A stretch of 64,000 nucleotides of DNA from a virus (taxonomy: Duplodnaviria > Caudoviricetes): positions 22,417 through 86,416 of IMG/VR virus record IMGVR_UViG_3300021425_003324; one strand, given 5' to 3'. Below, piece after piece: positions 57,836-64,000 of this stretch. A program made the position numbers and the translations under genes. Each line of letters opens with the position of its first letter. The first letter of the stretch is position 1. The notes under the pieces were generated by a model. That model made no database searches. It was not told the origin of the DNA and worked only from the letters and a program-made list of their open reading frames with translations.

Positions 57836-59835
57836 ATCGGATATCTTATTATAACTATACCTGATCCACCTGTTCCACCATTACCAATACCACCACCACA
57901 GCCACCGCCACCTCCAGTGTTAGCAGTTCCTCCACCAGCTGTACCACTCTGAGAACCTGCTCCTCCACCCCCTAATCCACCAGGAGAGCCAGGCTGTGTA
58001 GGGTACGATCCGCCACCACCTCCGCCATAGTATACATTTGTTCCATCTCTATAACTATTTTGTATACCGTCTCCACCATGACCTAGTCCATTGCTACCCC
58101 CAGGTTGACCTGCTCCTCCTCCTCCTGACTTACTACTAGAATTTTCTCCATTATTTCCTTGCCCTGCAGTTCCAGATCCTGCTGATCTACTGCCTGTGCC
58201 TCCGCCTCCAGAACCACCAGACCCTGCACTAAATTCCCCCGAACTAGCTCCTGCTCCTCGTCCGCCACCTATTGCTGTTAAACTTAAAGCAGTAGTATCT
58301 TGTCCATTAGAACTTTGTGTAGCAGGATAGTGAACTGCACCAGCACCACCTTGTCCTATAGTTATACTATAAGTACCTACACTAATACTAGTAGAATTAG
58401 CTACTAACACTCCACCTGCTCCGCCTCCTCCTCCACCTTTTGATCCCCCGCCTCCACCTGCTACAAGTAACACATCAGCAATTGTATTTCCGTTTGTTAC
58501 TGTAAAAGTATCAGTACTTAGAAATGTATGAGATTTATATGTAATATTATTTTCTGTATATGTAGTAACTATACCTCCATAAGCTATAAAAAGATTATAT
58601 AAGTAGTCACTCCAGGAGAAATTTGTATCTAAGACTGTGGGATCTCCAAGGTCATAGTATGCACACAAGTCACCAAAGGGAGAAAACCCAGTAGAAAATA
58701 TATAAGCACTACCAGCACCAGTAGCACCTGTGCCTTCATTAGGTGCACCTACTACAATTCGTGTATCAGAAACAGCAACTGACATACCAAAAAAATCACT
58801 GGCTTGTGCATCATTGGCTTGTATTTTAGCTATTTGATTTCCATCGATGTCAAATATGTAAACTGAACCAACACTACTACCATTTGTATCTTCATAAGGT
58901 GCACCTACTACAATTCGTGTATCAGAAACAGCAACTGAGCGACCAAAATTATCATTTTCTTCAACATCATCTGCTTGTATTTTAGCTATGCCGTTGCCAT
59001 TGATGTCAAATATGTAAACTGCACCAGCATCTGTAGCAGTGGTATCTTCTGCCTGTGCACCTACTACAATACGTGTATTGGACACAGCAACTGACATACC
59101 AAAAAGATCACTGGCTTGTGCATCACTGGCTTGTATCTTAGCTAGCTGGTTTCCATTGATGTCAAATATGTAAGCTGAACCAGCAGCACTAGCAGTAGTA
59201 TCTTCTCCCCATGCACCTACTACAATCCTTGTATCAGAAACAGCAACTGCACTACCAAACGCATCATCTGCTTCTGCATCGCTGGCTTGTATTTTAGCTA
59301 GTTGATTTCCATTGATGTCAAATATGTAAGCTGCACCAGCATCTGCATCAGCAGTATCTTCATAAGGTGCACCTACTACAATCCTTGTATCAGAAACAGC
59401 AACTGAGCGACCAAACTCAGAATCATCTGCTTCTGCATCGCTGGCTTGTATTTTAGCTAGCTGATTGCCATTGATGTCAAATATATAAGCTGAACCAGCA
59501 AGATTATTTTCACGACGTGCACCTACTACAATACGTGTATCTGAAACAGCAACTGCACTACCAAAAATATCATCGTCTTCTGCATCACTGGCTTGTATCT
59601 TGGCTAGCTGATTTCCATCGATGTCAAATATATAAGCTGCACCAGCATTAATAGCAGTAGTATCTTCATAAGATGCACCTACTACAATACGTGTATTGGA
59701 CACAGCAACTGCAGCCCCAAATTGATCATATTGTTCAGCATCACTGGTTCCTGGAGGATCAAAGGCTTGTATTTTTTTTAACTGCTGACCTATTGGATAA
59801 TAACCATATTTCCTTTTCAAGTCCGTAGCATTCAT
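57832..59835 (-). CDS. Seven-bladed FG-GAP beta-propeller fused to a glycine-rich domain
   Basis: Seven 52-aa repeats FG.SVAVS.TRIVVGA...AG.AYIF, followed by HTF...TFTV...LLVAGGGGG...GSGIVIIRY. Confidence 0.9.
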   Translation of the reverse strand: MNATDLKRKYGYYPIGQQLKKIQAFDPPGTSDAEQYDQFGAAVAVSNTRIVVGASYEDTTAINAGAAYIFDIDGNQLAKIQASDAEDDDIFGSAVAVSDTRIVVGARRENNLAGSAYIFDINGNQLAKIQASDAEADDSEFGRSVAVSDTRIVVGAPYEDTADADAGAAYIFDINGNQLAKIQASDAEADDAFGSAVAVSDTRIVVGAWGEDTTASAAGSAYIFDINGNQLAKIQASDAQASDLFGMSVAVSNTRIVVGAQAEDTTATDAGAVYIFDINGNGIAKIQADDVEENDNFGRSVAVSDTRIVVGAPYEDTNGSSVGSVYIFDIDGNQIAKIQANDAQASDFFGMSVAVSDTRIVVGAPNEGTGATGAGSAYIFSTGFSPFGDLCAYYDLGDPTVLDTNFSWSDYLYNLFIAYGGIVTTYTENNITYKSHTFLSTDTFTVTNGNTIADVLLVAGGGGGSKGGGGGGAGGVLVANSTSISVGTYSITIGQGGAGAVHYPATQSSNGQDTTALSLTAIGGGRGAGASSGEFSAGSGGSGGGGTGSRSAGSGTAGQGNNGENSSSKSGGGGAGQPGGSNGLGHGGDGIQNSYRDGTNVYYGGGGGGSYPTQPGSPGGLGGGGAGSQSGTAGGGTANTGGGGGCGGGIGNGGTGGSGIVIIRYPI

Positions 59836-61061
59836 TCCACATCTCCAGTATATTTTAGTCTAATTTTTTCCCAAGGTATAGAATCGTAATCGTTATGGAA
59901 ATTCCTAAATATATAAGCTGAACCAGCATTACTAGCAGTAGTATCTTCATTAGGTGCACCTACTACAATCCTTATATCAGAAACAGCAACTAAATAACCA
60001 AAATTATCACTGGATTGTGCATCACTGGCTTGTATTTTAGCTAATTGATTTCCATCTATGTCAAATATGTAAGCTGAACCAGCCATACTGGCAGTTGTAT
60101 CTTCACCATATGCACCTACTACAATCCTTGTATTAGAAACAGCAACTGAATAACCAAAATAATCATTTGCTTGTGCATCACTGGCCTGTATTTTAGCTAA
60201 TTGATTTCCATCTATGTCAAATATATAAGCAGCTCCAGTGTAAGTAGATCTTCCATATGCACCTACTACAATCCGTGTATTGGAAACTGCTACTGACCAA
60301 CCAAACCAATCACTGGCTTGTGCATCACTGGCTTGTATCTTGGCGATTTGATTTCCATCTATGTCAAATATGTAAGCTACACCAGCAGGTGTAGCATTGG
60401 GGATATATTGTTGAGGTGCACCTACTACAATTCGTGTATCAGAAACAGCAACTGAGTAACCAAAAAGATCATCTGCTTCTGCATCACTGGCCTGTATTTT
60501 AGCTAATTGATTCCCATCTATGTCAAATATGTAAGCTGAACCAGCCTTATCAGCAGTAGTATCTTCACCTTCTGCACCTACTACAATTCTGTTATCGGAA
60601 ACAGCAACTGACCTACCAAAATTATCACTGGCTTCAGCATCACTGGCCTGTATTTTAGCTATTTGAGTGCCATTGATGTCAAATATGTAAGCTGAACCAG
60701 CATTACTAGCAGTGGTATCTTCATTAGGTGCACCTACTACAATACGTGCATTGGAAACAGCAACTGACCAACCAAAATTATCACTGTCTTGTGCATCACT
60801 GGCTTGTATTTTAGCTAACTCGTTGCCATTGATGTCAAATATATAAGCTGAACCAGCATTACTAGCAGTGGCATCGTCACCTTCTGCACCTACTACAATT
60901 CTGTTATCGGAAACAGCAACTGCATTACCAAAACTATCAAAGAATCCAGCATCACTGGCTTGTATTTTTTTTAATTCTGTAAAATCATTTGCAATAGATA
61001 AAGTTTTAATAGTCAAAGGGTCACGAAATCTATTTTGAACTACATTTAAAATACCGCTCAT
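59832..61061 (-). CDS. Seven-bladed FG-GAP beta-propeller protein
   Basis: Seven repeats; ATGA overlaps on both sides. Confidence 0.9.
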   Translation of the reverse strand: MSGILNVVQNRFRDPLTIKTLSIANDFTELKKIQASDAGFFDSFGNAVAVSDNRIVVGAEGDDATASNAGSAYIFDINGNELAKIQASDAQDSDNFGWSVAVSNARIVVGAPNEDTTASNAGSAYIFDINGTQIAKIQASDAEASDNFGRSVAVSDNRIVVGAEGEDTTADKAGSAYIFDIDGNQLAKIQASDAEADDLFGYSVAVSDTRIVVGAPQQYIPNATPAGVAYIFDIDGNQIAKIQASDAQASDWFGWSVAVSNTRIVVGAYGRSTYTGAAYIFDIDGNQLAKIQASDAQANDYFGYSVAVSNTRIVVGAYGEDTTASMAGSAYIFDIDGNQLAKIQASDAQSSDNFGYLVAVSDIRIVVGAPNEDTTASNAGSAYIFRNFHNDYDSIPWEKIRLKYTGDVE

Positions 61062-62353
61062 GTGTAGTCACTCCAGGAGAAATTTGTATCTAAGACTGTA
61101 GGATCTCCAAGGGCATAGTATGCACACAAATCTCCAAAGGGAGAAAAACCAGGAGAAAATATATAAGCTGAACCAGCATCTGTAGCAGTAGTATCTTCTT
61201 TATATGCACCTACTACAATCCGTGTATCGGAAACAGCAACTGAATAACCAAAATAATCCTGGGATTGTATATCACTAGCTTGTATCTTGGCGATTTGATT
61301 TCCATTTACGTCAAATATGTAAGCTGCACCAGCATCTGTATTAGGAGTATCTTCTTGATATGCACCTACTACAATCCGTGTATCGGAAACAGCAACTGAA
61401 TAACCAAAAAGATCACCGGCTTGAATATCACTGGCTTGTATCTTGGCTATTTGATTTCCATCAATGTCAAATATGTAAGCTGCACCAGCACTACTACCAC
61501 CTGTGTCTTCTAGATATGCACCTACTACAATCCGTGTATCAGATACAGCAACTGAATAACCAAAATAATCAGTGGCTTGTGCATCACTGGCTTGTATCTT
61601 AGCTATTTGATTTCCATTGATGTCAAATATATAAGCTGAACCAGCATTACTAGCAGTAGTATCTTCTTGATATGCACCTACTACAATACGTGCATTGGAA
61701 ACAGCAACTGACCGACCAAAATTATCACCGGCTTGAATATCACTGGCTTGTATCTTAGCTATTTGATTTCCATCAATGTCAAATATGTAAGCTGCACCAG
61801 CATTTGAACCACCAGTATCTTCTTGATATGCACCTACTACAATACGTGCATTGGAAACAGCAACTGAATAACCAAAACGATCACCGGCTTCAGCATCACT
61901 GGTTCCTGGAGGATCAAATGCTTGTATTTTCTTTATTTCGTTTCCATTGATGTCAAATATATAAGCTGAACCAGCACCTGTAGCACCTGTGTTTTCTAGC
62001 CATGCACCTACTACAATCCTTGTATTAGAAACAGCAACTGACTGACCAAAACGATCATATTGTTCAGCATCACTGGCTTGTATCTTAGCTATTTGATTTC
62101 CATCAATGTCAAATATATAAGCTGAACCAGCGAGTGTAGCAGTAGTATCTTCATTAGGTGCACCTACTACAATCCGTGTATCTGAAACAGCAACTGACGA
62201 ACCAAAATAATCATTTCCTTGTGCATCACTGGTTCCTGGAGGATCAAATGCTTGTAGTTTTTTTAACTGCTGACCTATTGGTTTGTAAGACTGTAAATTG
62301 TCTAACTCAGTAAGCGATAAAGATTTTGTTACATTAGAAAAATTTGTTTGCAC
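61058..62353 (-). CDS. Seven-bladed FG-GAP beta-propeller protein
   Basis: Seven repeats; GTG start overlapping the upstream TAG. Confidence 0.9.
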   Translation of the reverse strand: MQTNFSNVTKSLSLTELDNLQSYKPIGQQLKKLQAFDPPGTSDAQGNDYFGSSVAVSDTRIVVGAPNEDTTATLAGSAYIFDIDGNQIAKIQASDAEQYDRFGQSVAVSNTRIVVGAWLENTGATGAGSAYIFDINGNEIKKIQAFDPPGTSDAEAGDRFGYSVAVSNARIVVGAYQEDTGGSNAGAAYIFDIDGNQIAKIQASDIQAGDNFGRSVAVSNARIVVGAYQEDTTASNAGSAYIFDINGNQIAKIQASDAQATDYFGYSVAVSDTRIVVGAYLEDTGGSSAGAAYIFDIDGNQIAKIQASDIQAGDLFGYSVAVSDTRIVVGAYQEDTPNTDAGAAYIFDVNGNQIAKIQASDIQSQDYFGYSVAVSDTRIVVGAYKEDTTATDAGSAYIFSPGFSPFGDLCAYYALGDPTVLDTNFSWSDYT

Positions 62354-63612
62354 TAGAGTTTTCCTGTAAACCTATATTTTAGTTTATTGAAATTTATATT
62401 ATTAATGTTATTATTATAATCAGATTTATAAACTAGATCGTTTTGAAATATGTAAGCTGAACCAGCCCAAGTAGCAGTAGTATCTTCAAAAGGTGCACCT
62501 ACTACAATTCGTGTATCAGAAACAGCAACTGAATAACCAAAATTATCACTGTCTTCTGCATCACTGGCTTGTTTTTTGGCTAATTGATTTCCATCTATAT
62601 CAAATATGTAAACTGCACCAGCATTTGTAGCAGTAGTATCTTCATAACGTGCACCAACTACAATCCGTGTATCTGAAACTGCAACTTTCTCACCAAATTG
62701 ATCACCGGCTTCTGCATCACTGGCCTGTATTTTAGCTAATTGATTTCCATCTATATCAAATATGTAAGCTGAACCAGCATTATTAGCAGTAGTATCTTCC
62801 CTATCTGCACCTACTACGATATGTGTATCAGAAACAGCAACTGAATAACCAAATCGATCACCGGCTTCTGCATCACTGGCATTTATTTTAGCTATTTCGT
62901 TTCCATCGATGTCAAATATGTAAACTGAACCAGCATTATAAGCACCTACTACAATCCTTGTATCAGAAACAGCAACTGACCAACCAAAACGAGCACTGTT
63001 TGCTGGATCACTGGCTTGTATTTTAGCTAATTGATTTCCATCTATATCAAATATGTAAGCTGCACCAGCATCAGGAGCAGTAGCATATTCTGCGTATGCA
63101 CCTACTACGATATGTGTATCAGAAACAGCAACTGAATAACTAAACCGATCACCGTCTTCTGCATCACTGGCCTGTATTTTAGCTAATTGATTTCCATCTA
63201 TATCAAATATGTAAGCTGCACCAGCGCTATCTGTAGCTATGACTTTCTGGGCTCCTACTACAATACGTGTATTGGAAACAGCAACTGACCAACCAAACCA
63301 ATCAGCGTCATAGGCATCACTGGCTCGTATCTTGGCTATTTGATTTCCATTTATATCAAATATGTAAGCTGCACCAGGCCAATTAATACCTTCTCTAGGT
63401 GCACCTACTACAATTCTGGTATCAGAAACTGCTACTGACCAACCAAAATAATCACCGGCTTCTGCATCACTGGCTTGTATCTTAGCTAATTGTGGAAAAA
63501 CATATGTTTGATAATATGATTCAGGTGTTGGTATTCCATCTATAACAGGATTCCCTTCACCTAAAGGAAATTGATTTATAAAAGTATTGTAAATTTTATT
63601 TTTTACACTCAT
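62353..63612 (-). CDS. Seven-bladed FG-GAP beta-propeller protein
   Basis: Seven repeats; ATGA overlap with the upstream gene. Confidence 0.9.
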   Translation of the reverse strand: MSVKNKIYNTFINQFPLGEGNPVIDGIPTPESYYQTYVFPQLAKIQASDAEAGDYFGWSVAVSDTRIVVGAPREGINWPGAAYIFDINGNQIAKIRASDAYDADWFGWSVAVSNTRIVVGAQKVIATDSAGAAYIFDIDGNQLAKIQASDAEDGDRFSYSVAVSDTHIVVGAYAEYATAPDAGAAYIFDIDGNQLAKIQASDPANSARFGWSVAVSDTRIVVGAYNAGSVYIFDIDGNEIAKINASDAEAGDRFGYSVAVSDTHIVVGADREDTTANNAGSAYIFDIDGNQLAKIQASDAEAGDQFGEKVAVSDTRIVVGARYEDTTATNAGAVYIFDIDGNQLAKKQASDAEDSDNFGYSVAVSDTRIVVGAPFEDTTATWAGSAYIFQNDLVYKSDYNNNINNINFNKLKYRFTGKL

Positions 63613-63998
63613 GGACCATATAGCCTTGATAATGTCATATTAGATATACTAACAGCAAATATTATGTCTCCAGTTACGATTCCTGTACCACTTGTAAGAG
63701 TAATTTCATTATTAGCTGTAATTGTATAATCATTATTAGGACCATAAATTAATCTTGAACCATTCCAGTAAATTTCTAAATGAGAATTAGCTGGTGTCGT
63801 GCTGTTATAACCTTCGAATGCTGTACCAAATGCAAAAACAGTTTGTCCATCTGATGTTGCTATTATCTTATTTTCTTGATATGTAGACTCTGCAGCAGCA
63901 GGTTGGAAACTGTAAGTGCTATCACCATCTGATGTTAATACTAATCCACTTGTAGTAGTTGGTGTATTAGTAGTAAAATCTACATCAGTTAAATCAGC
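63609..63998 (-). CDS. 3' end of a fibre/baseplate-type protein entering from the window edge
   Basis: Open frame ADLTDVDFTTNTP...GQTVFAF...LEIYWNGSRL....DYTI...RLYGP-TGA; not in the ORF track. Confidence 0.8.
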   Translation of the reverse strand, partial: ADLTDVDFTTNTPTTTSGLVLTSDGDSTYSFQPAAAESTYQENKIIATSDGQTVFAFGTAFEGYNSTTPANSHLEIYWNGSRLIYGPNNDYTITANNEITLTSGTGIVTGDIIFAVSISNMTLSRLYGP

Positions 63999-64000
63999 AA

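Larger units (their letters stand above)
58690..63495. repeat. 28 near-identical ~156-bp coding repeats across four genes
   Basis: Blocks gcacctactacaat, aacagcaactga, gcatcactggcttgtat and tcaaatatgtaagctg recur with a 156-bp period (e.g. 62521 and 62677). Confidence 0.95.

Noticed and set aside
58690-63495. CRISPR-like array of conserved blocks with variable spacers
   Set aside because: The period is 156 bp, everything is in frame, and the variable parts are homologous codons, not unique spacers.
57832-63612. Diversity-generating retroelement acting on the FG-GAP repeats
   Set aside because: No reverse transcriptase or non-coding template repeat in the window. Many variable codons are NNT, but TGG, CAA, CGA, CGG and GCG also occur, with indels and non-adenine synonymous changes. 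A remote DGR cannot be excluded.
1-64000. tRNA, rRNA or intrinsic terminators
   Set aside because: Intergenic gaps are short (about 110 bp at most), and I saw no cloverleaf or convincing GC hairpin plus U-tract.

Overview
AT-rich segment of a large T4-like (contractile-tailed) bacteriophage genome. It is almost fully coding in the standard genetic code and mostly on the minus strand. Left part (1-26 kb): large and small terminase separated by putative internal head proteins, gp4-like nuclease, an S8 protease with Calx-beta-like repeats and a cupredoxin-like tail, fibre modules, a duplicated tail tube, a 1130-aa sheath, an HNH-like protein and a divergently split gp13 | gp14-gp15 neck module. 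Middle (26-39 kb): Nudix, cupin, parvulin, seven 2OG-Fe(II) oxygenases, an SGNH-like protein, a carbamoyltransferase and a GT9-like glycosyltransferase, directly downstream of three tandem Cys-rich (about 10% Cys) glycine-rich-domain fibre-tip paralogues and their chaperone. Right part (39-64 kb): two giant paralogous virion proteins (one with six phycobiliprotein-like KCxRD repeats), fibre genes and four coupled FG-GAP propeller genes made of 28 near-identical 156-bp repeats with hypervariable loops. T4 late-type NNTAAATA promoters recur, several only 4-5 nt before an ATG. Best candidates for a novel system: (i) the Cys-rich tip proteins plus a late-expressed tailoring-enzyme operon, (ii) the 28-repeat propeller diversification array, (iii) the bilin-site-like repeats. 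All product calls are motif recognition by eye; no searches were run.
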